DNA of 64,000 nt from Terracidiphilus sp. (GCA_049513195.1 JBEKWJ010000028.1:31600-95599); one strand, 5' to 3'; positions 38,132 through 47,554 are shown, numbered from the stretch's first letter. A program made the numbers and translations. The notes: generated by a model from the letters alone, not told the origin.

Positions 38132-38908
38132 CTACTGGCCCACCATCTTCTGCACCACAGTTTCGTCATCCGCATCGGTCTTGATGATTTTGTTATGCAG
38201 GCAATAGAGGGCAAGTTCCAGCCGGTCGCTGACACCCAGCTTGTCATAGATCTTGCGTAAATAATTCTTGATGACCTGCTCCGTCGTTCCCAACTGAAAG
38301 GCAATCTCTTTGTTGCGTTTGCCCTGGGTGATGCAGGTAATAATGGCCATCTCCTTGGGCGAAAGCTTCGGCTGAACGCGCGGGTTCACCAGCGCGGAGG
38401 CCTGGGCCCGATACGCTTCGATCACCCAACTGACCGATTGATTGTCAATCCAGGTCTCGCCGGCCGCAATCCGCCGCACACACCTGACCAGCAAGTCGGG
38501 CGAGATGGACCGGCTGACGATGCCGCGAACGCCGCGGCGATATAATTCGACCGTCTGATTTTCATCGGCTGCCACGGCCTGCACAATCAGCTTCACATCG
38601 GGTGCAGCGCGCAGCAAATCGGGAATCACGTTGGCAGTGCCGCTGAGCAGACTACCCTCAAGGAGAACAATATCAGTGGGATAGCGCTCAATGGCTGCCC
38701 GCAGATTCTCCAGCGAATCGGCCTGAGCCACTACGCGAAGATCATCCTCAAGCGCGAAGACTTTGCGAATACCAACGCGATAAATCGCCTGAGAATCAGC
38801 AAGAATCACTCGGACTGTTCCGGGCTTTACCGGAGCGTCAACGGTTTCACTGTCAGCAGAATCGTCCAAAAAATCCATAAGTGGTTGTGGCCCTACTCCG
38901 GTTGTCAC
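38132..38908 (-). CDS. LuxR/NarL-type regulator with atypical (pseudo) receiver domain
   Basis: Receiver fold with ILADSQ, IVLLEG and IVSRS in place of the canonical residues; LSPKEMAII...TEQVIKNYLRKIYDKLGVSDR HTH. Confidence 0.88.
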   Translation of the reverse strand: MTTGVGPQPLMDFLDDSADSETVDAPVKPGTVRVILADSQAIYRVGIRKVFALEDDLRVVAQADSLENLRAAIERYPTDIVLLEGSLLSGTANVIPDLLRAAPDVKLIVQAVAADENQTVELYRRGVRGIVSRSISPDLLVRCVRRIAAGETWIDNQSVSWVIEAYRAQASALVNPRVQPKLSPKEMAIITCITQGKRNKEIAFQLGTTEQVIKNYLRKIYDKLGVSDRLELALYCLHNKIIKTDADDETVVQKMVGQ

Positions 38909-39297
38909 TGCTCGGCAAATTGGTAATCGTCGATGGTTGCGGCAGCCTGATAGTTACTTTGGTTCTTGGAGCAGCGTACCACACGACCTTGGCAATGAAC
39001 CAGAACATCTCGCGGAGTACCCAGGATTTCACCAGGCATACGAAGGGAAAAACGAATCTCCAGCCCTGCTTGCACCGGGGTTTCCATCTCGAAAACTACC
39101 CCACTGGCGGAAACATTCCGGGTGATGGCAGCAATTTCCCCTTTTTCAGACGATAACACCACTGGCAGTGCCAGAGGAAAACGGACCGAGCAACGCACTT
39201 CCTGCTGCTGAAAAGCTGGCTTGGAACGAGAAGACGAAGACGATAAACTAGATTTTGAAGCGTCCATAGACGGCATTTCCGACCCCCAACTAGCCAT
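38905..39297 (-). CDS. Stand-alone PilZ-domain protein
   Basis: RCSVR (RxxxR) and NVSASG (D/NxSxxG); 4-bp stop/start overlap with the downstream regulator. Confidence 0.85.
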   Translation of the reverse strand: MASWGSEMPSMDASKSSLSSSSSRSKPAFQQQEVRCSVRFPLALPVVLSSEKGEIAAITRNVSASGVVFEMETPVQAGLEIRFSLRMPGEILGTPRDVLVHCQGRVVRCSKNQSNYQAAATIDDYQFAEQ

Positions 39298-39565
39298 TCA
39301 CACTGTACTGGAGTTTGATTAGTAAACCTACGGCACCAAAGTTTCCAAGAAGGTAACCCTTTTGTTTCATAGGCGGACAAACAGGGTTCCGTGTGCCAAA
39401 GCTTATAGGCTTTCTCAAATTACCCACAGAAAAACTACCTGATACTAAGGTTAAACGATTTTCACGACCGTTCCGGCGTATAAGACCAGATCCCGGCGCA
39501 AACCTAATGGATAGTGCGCGCTGGAGGCGATACGTTACAAAAATATTTCCTTAGTTGCAGGATTC

Positions 39566-40519
39566 TCAGCGCTTGCCCGTCCCGCCTGCCTTGCCGCCCA
39601 AAAACGCCGACCAGCGCAACTCCGGCACATGCGGCGCTCTCTTCGCCTTGGCAATCACCAAATCCGCCATCTCTTTGACGACCCAGTCAAAGTGAACCTG
39701 ACCAATCGAGTGCACATCGGCGTCGGGCACAGGGTTCATAAAGTCGATGGCGTAAGGAATTCCATTCTCAACCGCAAACTCAACTGTGTTGAAGTGATAG
39801 CCCAGGGCGCGGCAAAGCGTGATTGCGTCTTGCCGGATGCGTTTGAGCAGCTTCTTGCTGGCGTGAGACGGGCTCTCGACATAGCGCTCCGAGTGCGGCA
39901 GACGCGGGTCGTAAGCCATGATGCGAACCTTCTTCTGGCCCACCACATAGCAGCGAAAATATTCCGTGAACTCGACGGCCTTCTGGTAGACCATGCATAG
40001 GTCGCGAGTCTGGTCGTAGGCGCGAAAAAACTCCGCGCGGCTGTGAACCTCATACACGTCGCGCCAGCCGCCGCCGTCCACAGGCTTCAGAAAGCCATGC
40101 TCGCCCACGTAGGCAAATATCGTCTCCCAATCCAGCGGATATTCCAGGTTCCGCATCGTGCGGTCTGTAGCGCCTTCCGGAAGCTGTTTGTGCGGCAGCA
40201 TCACAGTAGCGGGCACAGCCACCCGCAGCTTCGCGGCCAGCGAGTAGTTAAAAAACTTATCATCCGCTGAAGCCCAAAAAGGATTGTTGATAACCACCGT
40301 TCCGTTGAGAGCGGCGTGCTTCAAAAATGCGCGATAGAAGGGAACAGCGTGCGATATGCGGTCTATGATAACGGCGTAACGCGGAACCAGGTCGCGCCGA
40401 ACCGCGCCCGTCAAAACAAACTCTGCTTCGATGCCGTTGATGTTGCGCGCGTTGATTTGCTCCACTAGCGCGCCAGGAAAGCTGTTTTCCCCGCCGAAGA
40501 GTATGCCGATCCTTTTCAT
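39566..40519 (-). CDS. ATP-grasp (RimK/glutathione-synthetase-like) ligase
   Basis: VINNPFW..ADDKF, FLKPVDGGGWRDVY, FNTVEFAV, YAIDFMNP; GGAGG RBS. Confidence 0.8.
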   Translation of the reverse strand: MKRIGILFGGENSFPGALVEQINARNINGIEAEFVLTGAVRRDLVPRYAVIIDRISHAVPFYRAFLKHAALNGTVVINNPFWASADDKFFNYSLAAKLRVAVPATVMLPHKQLPEGATDRTMRNLEYPLDWETIFAYVGEHGFLKPVDGGGWRDVYEVHSRAEFFRAYDQTRDLCMVYQKAVEFTEYFRCYVVGQKKVRIMAYDPRLPHSERYVESPSHASKKLLKRIRQDAITLCRALGYHFNTVEFAVENGIPYAIDFMNPVPDADVHSIGQVHFDWVVKEMADLVIAKAKRAPHVPELRWSAFLGGKAGGTGKR

Positions 40520-40680
40520 AACCTCCCTCCGGGATGCATTTGCCGGCAACAGCGCGTCCGCCAGTGCCGAATTGCACGCATCCAGTGTACGGCAGGCGCG
40601 CTCCCAATCTGTGCGCGCTGCACTGGAAAGAACCAGCCGGCAGGTGTAACTTTGAAAGTGTTTAGTTTTGCGGGGGGAAC

Positions 40681-41322
40681 GTGGATTACCGCGTATTGAC
40701 AGTGAATCGGGAGTTTGGCAGCGGCGGCGGACGTATCGCGCAGACCATTGCCGAGTGGCTCGGATGGAAGTTGTTGGACCGCGACATTATCGACGCCATC
40801 GCCTACGCGGCCCATGTGGACCCCAAAATCGTGCGGCCCTACGATGAGCATGTGGATTCCTGGCTGCGCCGCATCAACCAGCAGGCCATGCGCAGCGCAG
40901 CCCTGGCCGCCGGACTTGAACTCGGCGAGAACTCCGTTTTCGATGCAGAGGAGATGGTGAAAATCTCGCGCAAGATCGTCGAAGAAGCGTACGTCGAGGG
41001 CAATTGCGTCATCGTGGGCCGAGGGTCGCAGTGCATCCTGCAGCACAAGCCCGACGTCTACCACGCCTTCATCTACGCGCCTTATCTCGACCGTTTAGAG
41101 CGCCTGCGCGGCCGCCTCGACAAAGGCGTGCACGCCGAGCAGCGCATACGCATCGTGGATGAAGAGCGCGCCAAGTACTTGCAGCAGTACTACGGCAAGT
41201 GCTGGAACAACCCCCACCTCTACGACCTGATGATCAGCTCGCGCACCGACGAAGACATGACCGCGCGCGCCATCCTCTACGCCATGAACGGCGAAGTGCC
41301 AGTTGCGGTGAACAAGGAATAG
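40681..41322 (+). CDS. Cytidylate kinase-like family protein
   Basis: TVNREFGSGGGRIA P-loop, CVIVGRGSQ, DEERAKY, YDLMISS. Confidence 0.85.
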   Translation: MDYRVLTVNREFGSGGGRIAQTIAEWLGWKLLDRDIIDAIAYAAHVDPKIVRPYDEHVDSWLRRINQQAMRSAALAAGLELGENSVFDAEEMVKISRKIVEEAYVEGNCVIVGRGSQCILQHKPDVYHAFIYAPYLDRLERLRGRLDKGVHAEQRIRIVDEERAKYLQQYYGKCWNNPHLYDLMISSRTDEDMTARAILYAMNGEVPVAVNKE

Positions 41323-41380
41323 GGAACAGCCGCGCCTGAGCGAGAAACTATTCCCTGTTCCCTTTTCCCTACTTCCCTGC
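41316..41380. repeat. CTGTTCC-type heptamer repeats in inverted arrangement
   Basis: GGAATAGGGAACAG ... CTATTCC CTGTTCC CTTTTCC CTACTTCC. Confidence 0.6.
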
Positions 41381-43624
41381 TTTTACATCCCAATCAAAGC
41401 TGATCTGAGCGATCAGACCATTCAGCTTTTCGACGGCGGCCTTCTTCTGCTGCTCCAGGTCGGCGGTCTGCTTGCGCGTAGCCTGCAACTGATCTTCGGC
41501 GCGATTCAACTCATCCACAAAGCGCTTGGCCGCATCGTTGCCCTTGAGCGCGGTCAGGTTCTCGCGGTCGCGCGCTTCGTCGGCAGAGGCTGCCTGTTCT
41601 GTCGCCTTGGATTCCTTGATACGACGATCCAAATCTGCCAGCGCCGCCTCCGCATCAATCACCGGCTTGAGCTTGTCGAGCGCATCGGGAACCCGTTTGA
41701 CCAAGTCAAGCAAATAGACCGACTGATTCTGACTGGAATTCAGCCAGACCTGCGTTCTCTCCGGCCCTTGCTCGCGCACCTCTAGCTTCTGCGTAGAGTG
41801 CGCCGGAACCGGCAGTTTGAAGCGATAGAGGCCAGGCGCGGTCTCGTCGGCCTTCAGATCGCCATCCAGCGTCCAGCCGTTAGTATGGCGCGGATGTTCG
41901 ATCAGCACATCGCGGGTTCCGTCCGATGAGTTGGTTGCCGAGTAGGTCTTCGACTCCCAATTCATATAGGTTTCGACGACGTAACCATTGCCGATTTGCA
42001 CGTGATGCAATGTGCGCCGGTTGTCGCGATCCGTCACCTTCACGCGCACCGCTTGGTCAGCAGCGTAAGAGAGCAGCCGCCGCTCGCCGGGATGAATGGG
42101 GTCAAGCAAGCCTTCTCCGGCAAACTCACCGCTCTCAAAGATCGAAAAGCTTCCCGAGTCAAGCGTCAGCTTCGATTTGTTTTCTAGCCACACCGCACGC
42201 AGCGGCGTCGGCTCCTTCTCGCTCCACAGCGTGACATGCTCGGCAGGCAATTCCTGTTGCAGGATCGGCACCATCGCCGACTCGTTCTTGTGAATCGTCA
42301 CCGGCGCGGTCAGCGCGTACTCGAAAAAGTCATCGAAGGCGTTGGTGGTAACGTCGCCCTCTTTGTAGGCGTCGCTGGCACGGTCTACGCCCTCTTCACT
42401 TTGGACGGTAACAGTTTCACTAGTGTTGGCGCTATTGGACGATGGTCCAAATCCTGCCCCGTATCCATATCCGGAGCCAGAACGAAGACCTCCACCTGAC
42501 TCCGCCATCCTTACGTTCGATGGAATTCTTTGGGGCGCAGAAAGTTTTGCGGCCATTTCGATTTTGTCGAACTGTTTATTCGACTGTGGCGAAGGCGGAG
42601 GAGCTGCCGTCTCCGCCGCTTCATGCGTCTGCGGCGTCAACTGAGCATCGACAGCAATCGGAATTTCCTGCCGCCGCGTGTATATCGGCTGCGAGAGCGG
42701 CTGAATAAAGCTTTGCGGCGCGCCGGCCACCAGCGATAACTGCACATTGTCCCAATCCGCGCCCACGGTGTTATCGACCACCGCCCAGCCCTGCATGGTA
42801 GCGCTCCCGTTCGGCGTGCGCGGAAAGACAATGCGGTAAGTCGACTTCCATACGGGAACCTCGCTGATGTAACTGACACGCAACTCGCGCTGACCCTGGC
42901 CCAGAGCATCGAGAGTAAGGTGCCGCAGGCCGGTCGAGTGCGTAGTCGAAAGCAATTCCAGATAGCGGCTGAGTTCTCCCTGAAGGGTCGTATCCAATGG
43001 CCGTACGCTCAGCGCGGGGATTAACTCAATCACTCGCACCGAGCCCGATGTCGCAACAATCGAGAGATAGATCTTTTCTATGGTCGTACCGGCGTCGCTG
43101 CCGGCAACCTTCTCCGTGCGCGACTCAATAGAGAGCAACCGGCCCGTAATCGTCCCGCCCGGCGCGCCTGTAACCTCGACCCGCTGCCCGCGCAACGCCT
43201 GAAACAACTCAGTCGAAGTGGGGTCGTCCGTCATGCCCAGCGAGAGCGATTTAAGCTGCTCGGCAAGCGGCGTGGTCGAGTTATAGTTGACCCCGGCGAT
43301 GCGCCCTCCACCCTCGTCCAGCACGGTCAGCGATTGCAAAACATCGTTCAACTGCGGCGAAGTAAAGTCGATCGCCACGCGCTGATTGCCTGTGACCGAC
43401 CCAGCGTGCTCAAAGTAGCCCACGCCATTTTTGTAGAGCACGACCTTGCGCACCGGCAGGTCCTTCACCACCACCTGCGGTGGGGCCAACTGCGCCTTTG
43501 ACGCAGCGGATTTAGGCGCAGCCGGAGTCTGAGCGGTAAGAGAAACTGTGAGGGCAAAAGTCACTGCGAGGGCAAGCAGACATAGAACTGCGAAAGAACG
43601 GCGCACGAATCCTCCTTGGGCCAA
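41369..43624 (-). CDS. Secreted DUF4139-domain protein
   Basis: LPVRKVVLYKNGVGYFEH, LNDVLQSL, SYISEVPVWKSTYR, GWAVVDNT..DW.NVQLSLV.G; C-terminal coiled coil. Confidence 0.8.
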   Translation of the reverse strand: MAQGGFVRRSFAVLCLLALAVTFALTVSLTAQTPAAPKSAASKAQLAPPQVVVKDLPVRKVVLYKNGVGYFEHAGSVTGNQRVAIDFTSPQLNDVLQSLTVLDEGGGRIAGVNYNSTTPLAEQLKSLSLGMTDDPTSTELFQALRGQRVEVTGAPGGTITGRLLSIESRTEKVAGSDAGTTIEKIYLSIVATSGSVRVIELIPALSVRPLDTTLQGELSRYLELLSTTHSTGLRHLTLDALGQGQRELRVSYISEVPVWKSTYRIVFPRTPNGSATMQGWAVVDNTVGADWDNVQLSLVAGAPQSFIQPLSQPIYTRRQEIPIAVDAQLTPQTHEAAETAAPPPSPQSNKQFDKIEMAAKLSAPQRIPSNVRMAESGGGLRSGSGYGYGAGFGPSSNSANTSETVTVQSEEGVDRASDAYKEGDVTTNAFDDFFEYALTAPVTIHKNESAMVPILQQELPAEHVTLWSEKEPTPLRAVWLENKSKLTLDSGSFSIFESGEFAGEGLLDPIHPGERRLLSYAADQAVRVKVTDRDNRRTLHHVQIGNGYVVETYMNWESKTYSATNSSDGTRDVLIEHPRHTNGWTLDGDLKADETAPGLYRFKLPVPAHSTQKLEVREQGPERTQVWLNSSQNQSVYLLDLVKRVPDALDKLKPVIDAEAALADLDRRIKESKATEQAASADEARDRENLTALKGNDAAKRFVDELNRAEDQLQATRKQTADLEQQKKAAVEKLNGLIAQISFDWDVKAGK

Positions 43625-43773
43625 CCAACTAAGAACTCTACTCTCTTAGACCCCGCCCTTGGCAAAATGGTTCCCATGAAAACCAAAAAACTCCCCCAAT
43701 CATGCACCATCGAGTGTTCATAATCACAGCCGCCCGCGCCATTCGTGAATAACCTGCAAGAGGAGAGTTATCC

Positions 43774-44364
43774 ATGAGCGAGACAAAGATCAAGGTTGTT
43801 GCATTCAACGGTAGCGCACGCAAAGAAGGAAACACGGCCATTCTGCTGCGTTATGTTTTGAAAGAACTTGAAAGCGAAGGGATCGAAACCGAACTTATTG
43901 AACTAAGCGGAGCAAAGATTCACGGCTGTCTGGCCTGCCGCAAATGCTCTGAAAACAAAGATCGCCGATGCGGGCAAAAAGGCGATGTGGGCAACGCCTT
44001 GATCGAGAAGATGGAAGAGGCGGACGGCATCCTGCTTGGCTCGCCGACTTATGTCGCCGACATCTCTCCTGAGATCAAAGCCCTCATGGATCGCGCCTGC
44101 CTGGTCTCCAAGGCAAACGGCGGCCTCTTCCGTCGCAAGGTGGGCGCTGCTGTTGTAGCGGTGCGCCGCGCGGGAGCCATCCACGCCTTCGATTCACTCA
44201 ACCATTTCTTTCTGATCAGCGAAATGATCGTGCCCGGCTCGTCTTATTGGAATATCGCGATGGGTCTAGCGCCCGGCGATGTCGAAAAAGATGAAGAAGG
44301 TATTCGAACCATGAAAGTCCTCGGCCAGAACATGGCGTGGCTGCTGAAAAAGATCAAGAATTAA
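43774..44364 (+). CDS. Iron-sulfur flavoprotein / NADPH-dependent FMN reductase family
   Basis: NGSARKEGNT, CLACRKCSENKDRRC Cys cluster, GSPTY, RRAGA, KDEEGIRTM. Confidence 0.9.
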   Translation: MSETKIKVVAFNGSARKEGNTAILLRYVLKELESEGIETELIELSGAKIHGCLACRKCSENKDRRCGQKGDVGNALIEKMEEADGILLGSPTYVADISPEIKALMDRACLVSKANGGLFRRKVGAAVVAVRRAGAIHAFDSLNHFFLISEMIVPGSSYWNIAMGLAPGDVEKDEEGIRTMKVLGQNMAWLLKKIKN

Positions 44365-44409
44365 AGTGCACTTCTCTTTCTGCAAGACAGGCATCGGTCT
44401 TGGATTTTT

Positions 44410-44441
44410 CTGTTCCCTGTTCCCTGTTCCCTTTTCCCTGC
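44410..44441 (+). repeat. (CTGTTCC)3-CTTTTCC heptamer tandem
   Basis: Three exact copies plus one variant, between convergent genes. Confidence 0.7.
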
Positions 44442-44442
44442 T

Positions 44443-45153
44443 TCAAAGATACTCCCGCGCCATGCGCTGCCAGGTGGGCCAGTCGTGGGAGTTCAGCACA
44501 TCCCAAACATGAAACTGGTGCGCAATGCCTTTCTCGTTCATGATCCTGTCAAGAAGTCGATTCTGAGCGAGGCACGGATCGTCGAAACCCGTGGCCAGCA
44601 CATAGCCTGAGCCACGATATCGATCAAGATACCAGGGGTCGCTTAAATTCGGCAGATAATGCGTGGGTAAGTTGTAGTAGCACTCCTGGTCATAATATCC
44701 GTGAAGAAAATTGGAGAGGTCAAAGGCGCCGGAGAGCGAGACAAAGCCCGTGAAAATCTCCGGATGGCGCAGGGCAATGTTGACGGCGTGATAGCCGCCG
44801 AAGCTGCACCCCAGCAACACCAGACGCGGATCTGAGTTTTTCTGCCGAATCAGCGAAACCGCTTCGTGAATCAGGTATTCCTCGTATTGCACATGACGGG
44901 CAACGCGCCATCTCGGGGCGACACTCCGGTTATACCAACTCTCGCCGTCCACCGAGTCCACGCAGAAAAGCTGCAATTGGCCAGCGTTGATCTTGTCCGT
45001 GAGAGCGGCAATCATCCCCCGGTCTTCAAAGTCGAAGAAGCGCCCGCACGATGTAGGAAAGACCACGACAGGCAGCCCCGCATGACCGAAGATGAGCAAC
45101 TCCATCTCCCGGCCCAGGCGGGCGGAATACCCTTTGTGATACTCGCGAACCAT
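44443..45153 (-). CDS. Putative esterase (alpha/beta hydrolase; ORF extends to 45213)
   Basis: LGREMELLIFGHAGLPVVVFPTS, GCSFGGYHA nucleophile elbow, HDWPTW. Confidence 0.85.
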   Translation of the reverse strand: MVREYHKGYSARLGREMELLIFGHAGLPVVVFPTSCGRFFDFEDRGMIAALTDKINAGQLQLFCVDSVDGESWYNRSVAPRWRVARHVQYEEYLIHEAVSLIRQKNSDPRLVLLGCSFGGYHAVNIALRHPEIFTGFVSLSGAFDLSNFLHGYYDQECYYNLPTHYLPNLSDPWYLDRYRGSGYVLATGFDDPCLAQNRLLDRIMNEKGIAHQFHVWDVLNSHDWPTWQRMAREYL

Positions 45154-45269
45154 GCTGTCTACGCTCCGTGCGCTTTGTGAGTGGCGGCTCTGAATCTGGC
45201 TCCAGTCAAGCAAAAAACAGCCGCCGGTTTCAAGTTCCTGTTACAGCCGGCATGAATAGTGTAAGGTCA

Positions 45270-45357
45270 GGGTGCCCCATCCTCGCCGCGTTTTCGTTTT
45301 TGCGGCATCGGGGTCCCCGACGACAGGTCTTCGTCGTTGGGGTGATCTAGGGTGGGA
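45270..45357 (+). repeat. Nested REP-like element (palindrome inserted in the right arm of another)
   Basis: Outer element matches 33594-33640; inner 45307-45347 contains the hairpin CCCCGACGAC-N8-GTCGTTGGGG. Confidence 0.75.
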
Positions 45358-45370
45358 CAGCAGGAAAAGC

Positions 45371-45408
45371 AAACAAAAGCCCCGCTCAAGCCAGGCTCGA
45401 ACGGGGCT
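45371..45408 (-). terminator. Intrinsic terminator of the rpmH-rnpA-yidD-yidC operon
   Basis: AGCCCCG...CGGGGCT stem followed by TTTTGTTT on the minus strand. Confidence 0.65.
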
Positions 45409-45428
45409 CCTCTTGCCTGCGGCGCTTC

Positions 45429-47240
45429 TTACCGTCGACCCTGAATGGTCTTGGGGTTGACGCCTGACTTCTTGGCGGCGCGTTTGGCGGCGATGGCGTG
45501 CATCTCCTTGCCAATGTGAGATTGATTGATACCAATCTGCAAGGCCAGGTTGATCACGTTGCTCGTGCCCCAATAAAGAGCCAGTCCCGACGCGTAGCGC
45601 CACAGCATAAAGCCGAACATGGCTGGCATCATGAAGGCCATCATCCGCCGCTGCGCAGGGTCCATGCCCGGCGAAGGCGTGATGTACTGAGTCAAAAACA
45701 TCGAGATGATAATGAGGATGGGCAAAATGTGAAGCGGGTCCGGCAGGCGGAAGTAAGCAAAGAAGAGCGGCATCTGGATGAGCATCGGCAAACAACTGCC
45801 GTACATGTTGACGCCTTCGGTCTTGTAGAGATCCATCATCTCGGCGTTCATCTCGGCCCGCTTGGGATCGTTCATCTTGAGATGCGCGTAGCGCTGCTTG
45901 AGAGCATCGACCTTGGGCTGGATGCGCATCATCTTCAGCGAAGACTTCAGCATCATGAAGCGCGTGGGCATCATGGCCAGAGTGAAAAGGGTGGTGACCA
46001 GGATGATGGCCCAGCCCCAGTTATTGATGCCGTGCTCAACCAGGTAGCGCAACGCCAGATAGAGCGGCTTGGCAATCACAGTGAGCCAGCCGAACTGGAT
46101 CAGCGGCTCAAGCGATTGGCCGTCGGGCTTGCCGTCGGCGCCGGTAGCGTGGATGGAGGCGAGTACATCCATCGCTTTGGGGCCGGCATAGAGGCGCAGG
46201 CGAGTCGAACCGCTGACGTCACCCATGGCCAGTCCCAGCACGTGGGCCGGCTTCTTTTCGCTGTTAGGATCGCTCAGGTCACTGGGCAGATCGATGGTGT
46301 TGTGCAGCGTCACCAGTGTCGTGCGATCAGGAACGTCCGGCATGAAGGCTGCTACAAAGTAAAGGTCGGTGACCGCAGCATAAGAGTAAGGCAGGTCGAG
46401 CGTGGCGTCGTTGCCCACTTTAGCGACGGCCATTGTGTCTTGCTTGCCGTTGAGCGACCAATCGAATTGCGACAACGCGGAGGTGCGAACCGCAGAGCGG
46501 GTCGTCGAAGAAGGAAGGAATTCCTCCATGTCGCCCAGGCCGGCAGGCCATTGCACCAGTGCCCGCACCGGCACGCCATTCCGCTTGACTTCTGCCTCAA
46601 CCGTGATCACGTAGCTCTGATCAAAGCGGATCGTCTTCACTACATCCAGTCCGCCTGATGCGTAGTGGAAGGTGAGAGCGTCGGTGGCTGGAACTTCCAC
46701 GTGTCCCGTGACCGAGGGCTGCGCGCCGCTTGCCGTCACTTGATAGAGCGCCTGATTAAGTTGCGAGGTGAGCGCCGGCTCGTAGGTAAAGAACGAAAGC
46801 GGAAGCCCGAATTGCGCGGCGATCTGGGGCTGCACCATATCCAGCGGCTTGCCGGCGGTGTCGAAATATTTCTTGAGCACCCACTGCTTGACCTGCGCGC
46901 CGCGATTGGTGAAGACGATCCGATAGTTCTCGTTCTCAACCGTCGTCACAGTTTCAAGCGCAGCCGCGATAGTTGGCGTGGCGCCTGCGGCGGCCTGCGG
47001 CACAGGAGCAACTGGTCCCTGCGGCTGAACCGCGGCCACGGATGGTGGAGCGGCTGGCGGCTGGCTCTGGGTTTGCACGATGGGCGCGGGCGGCGCCTGC
47101 TTGGGCTTGAAGAAAAATTGATAACCAAGAAAAACGACGACCATGAGCATCGTGAAGACCAGCGTCGAGCGCATATCGCCGCCGCTGCCGCTGCCACCAC
47201 TGCCTTGCCCTTGAAGATTGGGATTGCTGATTTCTGCCAA
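45429..47240 (-). CDS. yidC: Membrane protein insertase YidC (appears to lack ~20 aa between TM3 and TM4)
   Basis: TNRGAQV, LYAGPK, NWGWAIILVT, KMMRIQPK, GSCLPMLIQMPLF, PDPLHILP, SGLALYWGTSN. Confidence 0.95.
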   Translation of the reverse strand: MAEISNPNLQGQGSGGSGSGGDMRSTLVFTMLMVVVFLGYQFFFKPKQAPPAPIVQTQSQPPAAPPSVAAVQPQGPVAPVPQAAAGATPTIAAALETVTTVENENYRIVFTNRGAQVKQWVLKKYFDTAGKPLDMVQPQIAAQFGLPLSFFTYEPALTSQLNQALYQVTASGAQPSVTGHVEVPATDALTFHYASGGLDVVKTIRFDQSYVITVEAEVKRNGVPVRALVQWPAGLGDMEEFLPSSTTRSAVRTSALSQFDWSLNGKQDTMAVAKVGNDATLDLPYSYAAVTDLYFVAAFMPDVPDRTTLVTLHNTIDLPSDLSDPNSEKKPAHVLGLAMGDVSGSTRLRLYAGPKAMDVLASIHATGADGKPDGQSLEPLIQFGWLTVIAKPLYLALRYLVEHGINNWGWAIILVTTLFTLAMMPTRFMMLKSSLKMMRIQPKVDALKQRYAHLKMNDPKRAEMNAEMMDLYKTEGVNMYGSCLPMLIQMPLFFAYFRLPDPLHILPILIIISMFLTQYITPSPGMDPAQRRMMAFMMPAMFGFMLWRYASGLALYWGTSNVINLALQIGINQSHIGKEMHAIAAKRAAKKSGVNPKTIQGRR

Positions 47241-47290
47241 AGTAGACTTCCTATTCGTTTGAGGAGCGCGTCGTTAGATTGCCGCTCTTC

Positions 47291-47554
47291 CTATGGTAAT
47301 GGTTGGTGGGGAAAATGGCGTGAAATTGCGACCGGGGGCACAGGATCAAGGCCGCCGCGGGTAAAAGGATGACAGCGTAAAAGCCTCCAGAAAGCCAGCA
47401 AAACGCCGCGCAAAGGGCCGTGAGTCGCGATGGCGATCGAGGCATACTCCGAGCAACTGGGAAGAAATTTGCAGCCGCCCGGGCTCAGCGAATGCAGCGC
47501 CGGAGAGATCCAGCGGCGATAAAAAGCGAGCGTGGCAAGCAGGATGCGTGTCAT
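47291..47554 (-). CDS. yidD: Membrane protein insertion efficiency factor YidD
   Basis: [35 protein letters not shown]. Confidence 0.95.
   Translation of the reverse strand: MTRILLATLAFYRRWISPALHSLSPGGCKFLPSCSEYASIAIATHGPLRGVLLAFWRLLRCHPFTRGGLDPVPPVAISRHFPHQPLP

Noticed and set aside
39298-39565. c-di-GMP riboswitch upstream of the PilZ gene
   Set aside because: A GCAAACC-like string is on the wrong strand, and the P2/P3 tetraloop-receptor architecture could not be built.
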